NCBI RefSeq assembly: GCF_006345805.1
Contig: NC_043004.1
Coordinates: 17,856,001-17,920,000, forward strand
Length of the DNA: 64,000 bases
Source of the DNA: Octopus sinensis
Taxonomy: Eukaryota
Direction of reading: 5' to 3'
Below the pieces are notes generated by a model. The model saw only the letters and a program-made list of their open reading frames with translations, made no database searches and was not told where the DNA came from. Shown here in pieces: positions 13,413 through 24,382 of this stretch (positions within the stretch are counted from its first letter, which is position 1; the number at the start of each line of letters is the position of its first letter). The position numbers were made by a program, and so were the translations under genes.

Positions 13413-13501
<89 letters not shown>

Positions 13502-13535
13502 TATATATATATACATGTACATATATATATACATG

Positions 13536-14655
13536 TACTCTTTTACTCTTTTACTTGTTTCAGCCATCCGGCTGAGGCCATGCTGGGGCACCGCCTTGTT
13601 GCTACCCTCTCTAAGTCCAGTTTGCCGTGGCTGGCCACTGATCTAAGAGAGAGTTTGTAGCTGCTGCCCTTAGGTTACCTTCGTACCTTGCAGTGGGTTC
13701 ATCTGGGATCCCGGAAAGCAGCTTGTCTAGATGTTTTTTGAAAATGTCCACATCCGCATCATGTAGATCTCTTAGTTTTCTTGGCAGTTGTTGAAAAGCT
13801 GAGGGCCCCTGAACCCCAGGCTATTACAGTATCTGCTCCTTACCCTGGATGTGGAAGACGGGACCTTTGGCACCACACAGTGACGTCCCGTACGGGGATT
13901 GGAACAGCTCTCAATTCCAAAATTTGGTGCTAGTCCCTCCAGGATTTTCCATATGTATATCGCGCATATCTCTCTCGTTCGTTCCAAGGAGTACAAATTG
14001 AGTTCCCTAAGCCTCTCCCAATAGTTCTTTTCTTTCATGGTGGAAATCCTCTGGTGTGAAATGTCTTTGGATTGTCTCAAGCTCTGTGGTTAGTTTGACA
14101 CTATGCGGTGACCACAGTTGGGAGCAGTAGTCCAGGCGGCTTAGGACAAATGTCCTCCATAGTGTCAACATGGTCTCGCAGTCTCTTGTCCGGAATGTCC
14201 TCAGGATCCAGCCAGTGAGTCGTCTGCACATTGTCGCCACCTTCGCGATGTGTGAGAAAAAGATGCATCGTCACTCATGTCTATCCCAGGTCCCGTATTG
14301 ATTTCGATACTGGGATTTCGATCCCTCCGGACCAGTATAGTTGTGTTGTAATGTATATGTGTTTACAGCTTGATATTGTAAGGCTTGAAATTTACAGCAT
14401 TAAATTGCATGTGTGTCTTCAGCCCATTTGTATATGGCATCCAGATCTTGTTGTAAAAGGTCAGCATCAGCTGGGTTTTTGATTGCCCGTGCTAACTTTG
14501 TTCATCAGCATAGCTAGTGAGGGATGTTGTTTGTGCTACCAAGGGCATGTCAGAGAGCGCCACCAAAAACAGCAAGGGTCCCAAGGACTGGCCTGTGGCA
14601 CCACGCTTGCTATTGGTGTCTTTCCCGAGAGGGCTCCATTGGCTGCAACCATCTG
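13536..14655 (-). mobile_element. CR1/L2-group LINE, 5'-truncated (RT C-half and 3' UTR)
   Basis: Minus: ..[22 protein letters not shown]; WILRTFRTRDCETMLTLWRTFVLSRLDYCSQLWSP..LETIQRHFT; YWERLRELNLYSLERTRE..IYIWKI. The 3' tail is ggcggtgccccagcatggcc..ctgaaacaagtaaaagagtaaaagagta. Confidence 0.92.
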
Positions 14656-14669
14656 GCTATATATATATA

Positions 14670-14700
<31 letters not shown>

Positions 14701-14771
14701 CTACTATATACATACACACACACACACACATATATATATATAGTATATATATATATGTATATATATATACG

Positions 14772-14805
<34 letters not shown>

Positions 14806-15744
14806 TACACATATCAATATATATATACATATATAAATATATATATATATACAATATGTGTGTGTGTACGTGCGCGTATCTATGGAAGTAGATTTTGAGA
14901 GTCCTGGGATAAGTTGGAACATGGTAATGTAAAAGATTACTTGGCCCAAATTTCAGAGTCTGGACCCCTTTCCCATATATTCTCAGCTCTACACTCTTCC
15001 CAAAACCAAGGAGTCTGCACAGGTGAAGAATGAGAGTGAATAGAGTGCAAATTATGTGGTGAAAGTCGTACGTTGGCAATATAAAGGTTGCACTTAGGCA
15101 CAGAGATACAGATGACAAGACCCCCGGAGCACTGGCTGAGTTCTTGAAATGGATGCAAAAGATGCGAGATCAATTCCAGCAGTTCATTTCATGAAAGAAA
15201 AAAAGAAGCTAATTTCCTTCCAAAAGCCGAAAATCCATCTTCAAACAGCATAGTCATGGGAAATGCAGGTAGTCTATTCAACTTATTCAAACCTTCCAGT
15301 GACTTGAATTAATCATAGAATTTGAGTGGGTGAAGAAGTTTATTTGATTAAACTGACGGTCTCGTGGGAAGACAGATGTGGAGAGACTTCAGAGAGGATG
15401 CCACTCTTTCCTAGAACTCAGTCCAACAATAAAACGATGAAGTATATCAAGTCTGGCTGTTTGCAATTGAGGTTGGTTACCGGAGGTTCCGGCGAGGTAT
15501 AAGTAGAAAATGCTGCTATCGCTGAGAGTGGCAGCAAGGGAGATGAGGTTTGGAGAATGTTGCAGGAAGTGACTCTTTTTTGGTACTGGAACAAGCGAGT
15601 TCGGGGTAAAGGCCACTAGAAGATAGACCGAAGCCGACAGTCACTGCGAACCCTCCAACTGCAGAACGATCATATTTGCGGTCGAAACATCCGCGTGATG
15701 ACAACTTCTGGTCAAAAGCTAGTCATAACTGAATGATATAATTA

Positions 15745-15975
15745 TTTCTTTATTGCCCACAAGGGGCTAAACATAGAGGGGACAAACATAGAGGACAGAC
15801 AAAGGGATTAAGTCGAATACATTGACCCCAGTGCGTAACTGGTACTTATTTAATCGACCCCGAAAGGATGAAAGGCTAAGTCGACCTCGGCGGAATTTGA
15901 ACTCAGAACGTAGCGGCAGGCGAAATACCGCTAAGAATTTCGCCCGGCATGCTAATGATTCTGCCAGCTCGCCAC
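15745..15975 (-). mobile_element. SINE family B copy
   Basis: Reverse complement of agtggcgagctggcagaatcattagcatgccgggcgaaattcttagcggtatttcgcctgcc...ccccttgtgggcaataaagaaataa. Confidence 0.92.
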
Positions 15976-16049
15976 TAAATGATATAATGTAGTAGTAGTA
16001 GCAGCAGCAGTGACAATAACATATATGTACACACACACACACACTATCT

Positions 16050-16200
16050 TTTACGTGTTTCAGTCATTAGACTGCGACCATGCTGGGGCACTGCCTTGAA
16101 GAATGGTTAGTCGAATGTCGAATGAATCGATCGCAGTACTTATTTGCTTGACAGCCTGGTACTTATTCAATTGTTCTGTATTTTTTACGGGGACCCGCCG
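16050..16200 (-). mobile_element. LINE/SINE 3' tail fragment
   Basis: ttttacgtgtttcagtcattagactgcgaccatgctggggcactgcc is the reverse complement of the shared tail. Confidence 0.65.
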
Positions 16201-16267
16201 ACAGGAGGAGGCGTGTCCCCGTATATATATATATTCATATATATATATATATATATATTATATTTAT

Positions 16268-16321
<54 letters not shown>

Positions 16322-16342
16322 TATACATATATATATTATATT

Positions 16343-16398
<56 letters not shown>

Positions 16399-16571
16399 TA
16401 TACATATATATATATATATTATATTTATATATATATATATATAACATATATATATATATATATATATACCGGAGTAAACACATAAATGTGAAACAAGGTG
16501 GAAAAAAGAGTACTCAAATACCAGTGGTAGAGTAATATGCTTTATTTTAAGCGCAGAAAATTCAACAAAAT

Positions 16572-16608
16572 CTGTTACTCTGAGTTTCTCGTTGCCGTTC
16601 ATCAGACA
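16572..16608 (-). ncRNA. Minimal type-I hammerhead ribozyme motif (P1, mirror copy)
   Basis: Same core as the plus-strand motif on the reverse complement; stem I is 3 bp (UGU/ACA). Confidence 0.65.
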
Positions 16609-16646
16609 CTGTCTGATGAACGGCAACGAGAAACTCAGAGTAACAG
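16609..16646 (+). ncRNA. Minimal type-I hammerhead ribozyme motif (P1)
   Basis: CUGU-CUGAUGA-ACG GCAA CGA-GAAA-CUCAGAG-UA^ACAG: stem I CUGU/ACAG, intact core, near-palindromic stem III; 10.1-11.1 is A.A. Confidence 0.7.
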
Positions 16647-16684
16647 ATTTTGTTGAATTTTCTGCTGCTTAAAATAAAGTATAT

Positions 16685-16716
<32 letters not shown>

Positions 16717-16720
<4 letters not shown>

Positions 16721-16910
16721 GAAGCTTTATGAAAATAAACAAAAGACGAAGGCAGGTAGAATACAAACAAACAATTGTATTAGTATGGCGCTCAGGAATA
16801 TAAATAAAACAAGTCTTTTACGTTTCGAGCCTACGCTCTTCAACAGAAAGATACACAGAAAAGAAACACGGAGAGAAACAAGGAGAGAAAAAAATGCGTG
16901 CAGAAGCTAG
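16717..16910 (-). mobile_element. Short HHR-bearing repeat (family P2) in (TA)n
   Basis: gggaagctttatgaaaataaacaaaagacgaaggcagg...gtcttttacgtttcgagcctacgctcttcaacagaaag; recurs at 31032-31159 and 47900-48040. Confidence 0.75.
16814..16851 (-). ncRNA. Hammerhead-like motif with variant core (P2)
   Basis: UCUUU-CUGUUGA-A-GAGC GUAG GCUC-GAAA-CG-UA^AAAGA: perfect 5-bp stem I, 4-bp stem II, ACGU palindromic stem III; A6 replaced by U. Confidence 0.6.
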
Positions 16911-16934
16911 CATATATATAATATTTTATATATA

Positions 16935-17045
16935 TATACGATGGGCTTCTTTCAGTGTCCATCGACAAAATCCACTCACAGGGCTTTAGACGGCTCGAGG
17001 CTATACAGTAGAAGACACTCGCCCAAGATACCACTTTGTGGGACT
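16935..17045 (-). mobile_element. SINE family A fragment
   Basis: gatgggcttctttcagtgtccatcgacaaaatccactcaca...gaagacactcgcccaag. Confidence 0.75.
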
Positions 17046-17860
17046 GATGTCAAATTATTATTTGGCATCAAAAGTTTGGCACCGAATAAATGTTTGAATA
17101 AAGTTAACAGATTTTGCGTAATTTTCAATGGTACTTTCGAACACGTTTTAATCAGTGTTTCTAAATCGATATTTCCCAATTGACATTGTTTTATCGATAT
17201 AATTCTTTTTGTAAGGACAAATGCAGTTTATAAAAATAAATTATTTCAGGAAAATAGAGTCTGTATATATTTCTACGTTTTTATGTGCTTGTGTGGCGTG
17301 TGTGTGTGAATAAGAAAGAGGGGGAGAGACAAAGGACACAAAATCATAATTAATTTCATTGTGTCAATGCCCGAGGATAATTGTTTCTTGTTTTAATTTA
17401 TAATAATGTGTCTTTAGGTTATGGCTACTTCAGTATGTGTACGTATGCGTGAACACATTTATTTTTACATATAAAATTTTGACCTGTGTACATATATACA
17501 CCTCAACTCCAGGATGAATATATTATTTATTTTGTGATACTGTTGTTCGTGATCGTTTTCATTAAGTCTTTAATAACCAAGCTTTCGTGTTGTATAGCTG
17601 TTAGAACTTTTTCGTTGATTTTTATCCTTGGGAAGTATTTTCGTTCGTATATCATTTTTTTTTTCTTTTCCATTTTCAGATTCTCAATTAATTCATTCTA
17701 TTAAATTTTCCAAATCTTAATCTTTATATTCATGTTTGGTTTTTGTTGGTCATTATTCAATAGGAATTTTAGTGTTTGGTAAATCATTAAAGCATTGGAA
17801 AAAATACATTTTGCTGTACAATAGTACCTCAGCTTTTGTACAACTCTTATCGCGAATAAA

Positions 17861-17891
<31 letters not shown>

Positions 17892-17918
17892 CTCTCTCTC
17901 TAATATATAATATAATAT

Positions 17919-17964
<46 letters not shown>

Positions 17965-17968
17965 ATGA

Positions 17969-18059
<91 letters not shown>

Positions 18060-18061
<2 letters not shown>

Positions 18062-18364
18062 AGGCGCAATGGCCCAGTGGTTAGGGCAGAAGACTCGCGG
18101 TGTAGGATCGCGGTTTCGATTCCCAGACTGGGCGTTGTGAGTGTTTATTGAGCGAAAACACCTAAAGCTCCACGAGGCTCCGGCAGGGGGTGGTGGCGTC
18201 CCTGCTGTACTCTTTCGCCACAACTTTCTCTCACTCTTTCTTCTGTTGGCCTGCTCGCTTAGCCAGCGGGATGGCGTCATTTGAAGGCTAAAACAATGCG
18301 CTTCTCATTGTGACCAGCGATGTGTAGCAACATCGGATGGCCTGGTCGGTCACGTGATCACGTG
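18060..18364 (+). mobile_element. tRNA-derived SINE family C
   Basis: A box (tggcccagtggttagg) and B box (ggtttcgattccc) head followed by a GC-rich body; flanked by (TG)n and (TA)n. Single copy in the window. Confidence 0.65.
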
Positions 18365-18399
<35 letters not shown>

Positions 18400-18404
<5 letters not shown>

Positions 18405-18520
18405 CACGATTTATTCGTGATCAGGGGCGTTCGTCAACCGAGGCACGACTGTATTAAACGAATATGAGAAAGACAGGAGATAAAGTACGATTTATTCGAA
18501 AACCGAGGTTCTACTGTATT
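18400..18520. mobile_element. Two pogo/Tigger-like TIR ends in tandem
   Basis: aaagcacgatttattcg..accgaggcacgactgTA and aaagtacgatttattcg..accgaggttctactgTA (reverse complement of TAcagt..cctcgg termini). Confidence 0.45.
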
Positions 18521-19692
18521 TGTTCCAGCAATTTACGTTCTGCAGAGGCCGACTTTACCTTTTATCCTTTGGGGGTCGATAAATAAGTATAGATGCTGGA
18601 ATCTCTTTCGTTGATTTTCATCTTTGAGAGGTATTTTCGTTCGTACACCAATTTTTGTTTTTTCATCTTTAGATTCTCAATTATTTCAATCTATTAAATT
18701 TTCCAAATTTCGAGGTCAATAAATAAGTACCAATTGAATACCTAAGTCGATGTAATCAACTATATAGGAGGTGTCGTATTATTATTATTATTATTATTAT
18801 TGTTGTTGTTGTTGTTGTTGTTTTTGTTGTTGTTGTTGTCATTATCATTGTTGTTGTTGTTGTTGCTGCTGTTGTTATTATCCTTTTCTTTCAATTTTTC
18901 TTCTATTTCTTTCCGAGTGTCTTCCTGATGCCTAGGGCAACAGAAGTTACAGTACACTGGTAGGCCATTAAAATAAGCACACCAGATTGCTCATGTTCAA
19001 AGTCATCCAGTAGAAAAAAAGGGAAGAAAAAAAAGAAGGGAAAAGGAAAGAATTAAAGTAAAAGATAAAGAAAATAATAAAAAATGAAAAAAGAAAACAA
19101 AGAAAATAAAGAGGAAAAGGAAAGAGAATTCACGGCGACATTATTATTATTGAGTGAGAAAGCAGTGCCTACCATGATGTGACACTGGGGTACAAATATA
19201 CAAAGTCCAATATACCGATCATGACATTAGGGCACTCCAGGCACATGCACCACAACCATATATAAGCGACATGGTAATCACATATCAAGACAACCAGCAG
19301 TTGACCTTGCAGGTGGGGGCCCAGTTAGAATTTTATTCAGGTCGAGTAGCCCATCCCGCTCAAAAGGTGCCTGAATAAGTTTTATCTAAGGATGATGAAC
19401 AAAACAGCCATGTTTCCAGAGGTGAATTATTCAAACACCAATGCTCCCACAAATACTTCTGCTCGTGATCACAGATAACAGATACATATGTCGTTAGCCA
19501 TTAAGGGATTTGCTCAACTGGTTATGGTCAAGCAATTGACAAGCAAATCTGTGGTATTGAGCAGAATATTTACTGTAACCCATTTTTCATAGAAAGGCAT
19601 AACATGTACATAATAACACTTCCAATCAGTTAAGATCAGAAACCATGAGAACCAATACCTGGTATTGGATACTATTATTATCATCATCATCA

Positions 19693-19734
<42 letters not shown>

Positions 19735-19758
<24 letters not shown>

Positions 19759-19919
19759 TCACTGCCTGGAATCGAACTCGGAATCTTGGAGTTAGTAGTC
19801 CGTGCTCTTAACCACTATGCAATATGCCCGTGCGCATAGTGGTTAAGAGCGCGGGCTATTAAACCCAATATTCCGAGTTCGATTCCAGGCAGTGACCTGA
19901 ATAATAATAATAATAATAA
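19735..19919. repeat. Head-to-head pair of tRNA-like (A/B box) units with (AAT)n tails forming a hairpin
   Basis: Left arm 19735-19820 is the reverse complement of right arm 19834-19919, with several substitutions. Each has tagtggttaag (A box) and gagttcgattcc (B box). Confidence 0.85.
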
Positions 19920-19974
19920 CATCGAAAAATGCCTTAGGAATGAGAATCCAGGCTTTATTTTGTTGGGTATGATG

Positions 19975-20760
19975 GGAAGTGTCAGCTGTCCACAGCCAGG
20001 AAACTAAGGTGATACTTGTTTACTGATAACGTTCCAAGAACTCTGCAGAGAACTCTTGCAGTCCCAAACAATGACGATTTTTGTAGGTGTTGTATCTTTA
20101 CCTTTCCTCCGATTTTTTTGAGCCAGTTTGATAGTCGGGCACTGATATTACCGAGCGCAACAATCACTATTGGTATCACGTCTGCTTTCTTCATTGCCCA
20201 CAACCTACGTCTTTCCCACTTCACTTCATTATAGTTGATCACTTGTTCTTTTTCTTTCTTTTCAATCCTCTCGTCACCAGGAAATGCTATGTCAATTATT
20301 GGATATGTTTTTTCTTTTTCCTTTTCTGTTCATCACAACAATGTCAAGTTTCCTACGTTTAATTAGACGGTCATACTGAATCACGGCACCCTCCAGGATT
20401 TTGCAGTTCTCCTCAGTAACTTCTTCTGGAATTTGGTCATACTACGTCTTTGATCTTTCTCATCCATACTTTTCACAAACTCCCAATGCATCATTCTTGC
20501 CACATTGTCCTCTTGCCTTTTGTATTCACGTTTAGCCAATTTCGGGCATTCACTAACAATGTCACACTATTTCACTTCTCTCACCACACATTCTGCATTT
20601 GTTGTTTTATCGATTCTGCCCTTCACATAATTTCCTCTCAGTGTTTGTTCTATCTGGGGTTTACATGATCACGACTGGCTATAGAAAGACAGCGGGGGAG
20701 AGAGTCCACGGAAGATTCCCTCCTTTAGCAGGTATGAAGCCCTGGTTGAAGTGGGAATTT
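19975..20760 (-). mobile_element. RLE-type (R4/Dong-like) non-LTR retrotransposon 3' fragment
   Basis: Minus: CRMCGERSEIV.HIVSECPKLAKREY (CCHC finger), then RRKLDIVVMN..IIDIAFPGDERIEKKEKE..YNEVKWERRRLW..VIPIVIVALG..LQKSSLFGTARVLCRVL (restriction-like endonuclease). Confidence 0.85.
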
Positions 20761-20840
20761 AGTTCAATCCTTACGGAACATAGCAATACATATGTACGTA
20801 CGGAACATAGCAATACATATGCACAATATTTCACATCGTT

Positions 20841-21478
20841 AAGGCGGTGAGCTGGCGGAAACGTTAGCACGCCGGGCAAAATGCTTAGCGGTATTTCGTC
20901 TGCCTTTACGTTCTGAGTTCAAATTCCGCCAAGGTCAACTTTGCCTTCCATCCTTTCGAGGTCGATTAAACAAGTGCTAGTTACGCACTGGGGTCGATAT
21001 GATCGACTTGATCCGTTTGTCTGTCCTTGTTTGTCTTCCCTGTGTTTAGCCCCTTGTGGGTAGTAAAGAAATAGGTATTTCGTCTGCAGCTACGTTCTGA
21101 GTTTAAATTCCGCCGAGGCCGACTTTGCCTTTCATCCTTTCGGAGCTGATGAACTACGTACCAGTTACGCACTGGGGCCGATGTAATCGACTTAATCCCT
21201 TTGTCTGTCCTTGTTTGTTCTCTCTATGTTTAGCCCTTGTAGGCAATAAAGTAATAAGAAACGTTAGCACGCCGGACGAAATGCTGAGCGGTATTTCATC
21301 TGCCTTTAATTTCTGAGTTCAAATTCCGTCGAGGTCGACTTTGCCTTTCATCCTTTCGAGGCCGATAAATTAAGTACCAGTTACGCACTGGGGTCGATGT
21401 AATCGACTTAATCCGTTTGTCTGTCCTTGTTTGTCCCCTCTATGGTTAGCCCCCTATGGGCAATAAGGAAATAAATAT
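20841..21478 (+). mobile_element. SINE family B concatemer (3 units)
   Basis: Full head at 20841; units restart at 21074 (ggtatttcgtctgc) and ~21258 (gaaacgttagcac). Confidence 0.92.
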
Positions 21479-21639
21479 TTCACTTCGTAATGATGGTTAA
21501 CGAAATCAGATTAATTTCTCCCGCCATTTGAACAATGTTTGATGTCCTTTGGAGCTGAAGCCACAAAAAGTTTCAGTTGTGATCTTTCTCAAATGTATAT
21601 TATGGAACCTGAATGGTAGCGAAAATTGTATCTATATGA

Positions 21640-21855
21640 TTTTTTTCTCCTCTAGGCACAATGCCCGAAATTTGGGGTGGGGGCCAGTCGATTAAATTGA
21701 CCCCAGTACACAACTGGTACATAATTTGTCGACGCCGAAAGGATGTAAGGCAAAGTCGACCTCGGCGGAATTTAAACTCATAACGTAACGGCAGACGAAA
21801 TAGCGCTAAGCATTTCGCCCGGCGTGCTTAACGATTCTGCCAGCTCGCCACCTTA
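21640..21855 (-). mobile_element. SINE family B copy
   Basis: Reverse complement of aaggtggcgagctggcagaatcgttaagcacgccgggcgaaatgcttagcgc... Confidence 0.9.
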
Positions 21856-21959
21856 TTGTATCTATATAATATAAAACATTGTAGTATCTACGCAATTATT
21901 TATCACTTTAATTTAATAATCACTTTCATTAGGCTAGCAATTTTTACAACACTTTTACG

Positions 21960-22210
21960 AATTTCAGTTCTTAGACTGTGGCCATGCTGGAGCGCCGCCT
22001 TCAAGAGCTGTAGTCGAACGAATCTACCTTAGGGTTTATTTTTTAAAGTCTGGTACTTATTCTCTCGGTGAGGTTTGCTGAACTGTTAAGTGAGGGGGAC
22101 GTAAGCAAACCAACACCTGTGGTCAAGCAGTTGCGGGACAGATACAAGCATCAAAGACACACACACACACACGCACACGCACATGCACACACACACACAC
22201 ACACACGCAG

Positions 22211-22265
<55 letters not shown>

Positions 22266-22405
22266 AGCTCTTCTTTCCGTTTTTGTTAACCGAATCCACT
22301 CACAAGGCAGTGGTCTGCCCGCAGCGATAGCAGATAACACTTGCCCAAAGTGCCATGCACTGGGATTGAACGCGAAATCAAGTAGTGTGGAAGCCATGTC
22401 TGCGC
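21960..22405 (-). mobile_element. SINE family A variant
   Basis: Tail tttcagttcttagactgtggccatgctggagcgccgcc, internal (CA)n, gataacacttgcccaaagtgccatgcactgggattgaac. Confidence 0.8.
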
Positions 22406-22603
22406 CTAACATTTACTTTTTATATGTAATAATTCCCATTTATTGTTCTGTCTACTTAGGCACTGCCCACTGTACCTACCCAGACGACAAGTCCCGCCCC
22501 CCTTGTTATTTCTTTTTCTTCCTTTATATTTAAAACTACATTAACCAAGATGTACTTCTATTTGTAAATTTCTCAACGAGAGATATTCAGCAACACTATT
22601 CTA

Positions 22604-22827
22604 GAGTAAAGATTATTTGCCAACATAACATGGCAGTCATAGTTTAGGACGAATGTTGCTGATATTGTTTAGAGTTGGGTGGGGATGCTAAATACCCTTG
22701 TTCGAAAATATAAGGACACAGATCGTGTCGTATATCCAGCTGGAGACGATGTCACTTGGGGCTAAATTACAGCAACATTCGTCCTAAACGAGGACTTCCA
22801 TATTATGTTGGCAAATAATCTTTACTC
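22604..22827. mobile_element. MITE-like element with ~58-bp imperfect terminal inverted repeats
   Basis: gagtaaagattatttgccaacataa..gtttaggacgaatgttgctg / cagcaacattcgtcctaaac..ttatgttggcaaataatctttactc. Confidence 0.7.
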
Positions 22828-23645
22828 AAGATGGACTTCCTTTTTTAACGACCAAAGATAATCGTTAGATATAAATTTAACTCCTCTATAGGCTTATCAG
22901 ATGTTACTTTGTCACAAAGGTCGCAATCCCCGCTGAATTCGCATTTGTATTCTGTGTTGTACATGCATGTAGTAAACATCAAAATAATCGTTAAGAGGTC
23001 AAGTCATTCAATGACATCTTTTAAATAAAATGTGTATGCAACACACAGTCAACGTGTTTCTCCAAACATCCCATTCTTCCAGCATTAAAATAAAAGAAAG
23101 AAAACGCAAAATAATACAAAATCAATAAAAACTAATTATTTTCCCTTAAGAAATAACAATTTCTATATTATTTCATACTTGTAAATTAATTGATAAGGTG
23201 AACAACGATCGATATTGATTGTTGAATATGAACTATTTCAAGGCAGAAATGATAATTTGTTGGTGATAATATTTTTTAACAACATGAATTGTTACCACGA
23301 GCTACAAATATCACAAATATTTGTATGAATCTCTGGAAAATTATTAATTCAATGAGAAAAAAAATAAAGAAAATAGTTTACAGAGCCATACGTATGAATG
23401 AGGTTATAGAACTGAAAAATATGAACTCAAAATCTTACCGTTCAAGACGTGTTAATAAAGCAAAACACAAATAAATAAATAAATAAATAAATAAATAGAA
23501 TAACTATTTTTAATATCAAACATTAATAGAAATGAAGATAGCATGCAATCATATGAATTTGATGTATAGTTTGTTTCTGACCTTTTCGAATATCAAAAAG
23601 ATAAAAGAAAATTCTAGACAAATATGAGTACATACACATACAAAC

Positions 23646-23676
<31 letters not shown>

Positions 23677-23862
23677 TGTATGTATGTATGTATGTATGTA
23701 TGTATATATATATATGTATGTATATATGTATATATATATACATATATATATGTATGTGTGTATGTGTGCGTGTGTATGTATATATATATAATATATATTT
23801 ATATATGTGATCGAACGCCACGCATCCTTTTCCAAGTTTTATATATATATATTATATATATA

Positions 23863-23911
<49 letters not shown>

Positions 23912-24382
23912 GTATGTATTTATGTATGTATGTATATATATCATGTGTGTGTTTGTATGTGTGTACGTCTGTATAACATGCAAAGATGAGAGATTGACTG
24001 ACACTACTCGTATCCTGCAAGGTAACATAATGCATATTTCTTTTATACCAAGCATCCCAAAATCAACTCTTTCCCCTTTTTTACACTCTATTAACCTAAG
24101 TTGCAATCCTAAATAATTTCTAATGAATAAAATTATTCTTTGAGTACTTTCTGGTAAAAAAAAAAAACCCACATCACTAAGGTCAATTATGATATACCCT
24201 GTAGAATAATCACGTGTCAGTTATTTATTTACTTATTTATTTATTTCTATATTTATTTATTTATTGTTTTATATTCATGTATTTCCTTTGTGTATAAAAG
24301 AAACTGCTTTGTTTTTATTGGCATATTCAATTTTTTATATTTTTGGCCACTTAAAAACATACACACTATTTATTTGATCTTT

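Larger units (their letters stand above)
16469..16685. mobile_element. Fold-back non-autonomous element (Penelope-like pLTR/retrozyme type, family P1) in (TA)n
   Basis: ~69-bp inverted arms at 16540-16608 and 16610-16679. Same sequence as 53451-53768 in opposite orientation. Carries an HHR motif on each strand. Confidence 0.75.

Noticed and set aside
14890-15710. Possible old LINE endonuclease/ORF1 remnant
   Set aside because: Composition is coding-like, but no motif could be read with confidence in any frame.
19834-19900. tRNA gene
   Set aside because: A and B boxes are present, but the acceptor stem and anticodon arm do not pair as a cloverleaf and it runs into (AAT)n; treated as a SINE-like head.
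20841-21478. CRISPR-like repeat array
   Set aside because: Units are ~185-230-bp SINE copies without unique spacers, in a eukaryotic context with no cas genes.
23430-23470. Strong minus-strand donor acg|gtaaga
   Set aside because: No AG acceptor in the upstream pyrimidine tract, so no exon can be defined.
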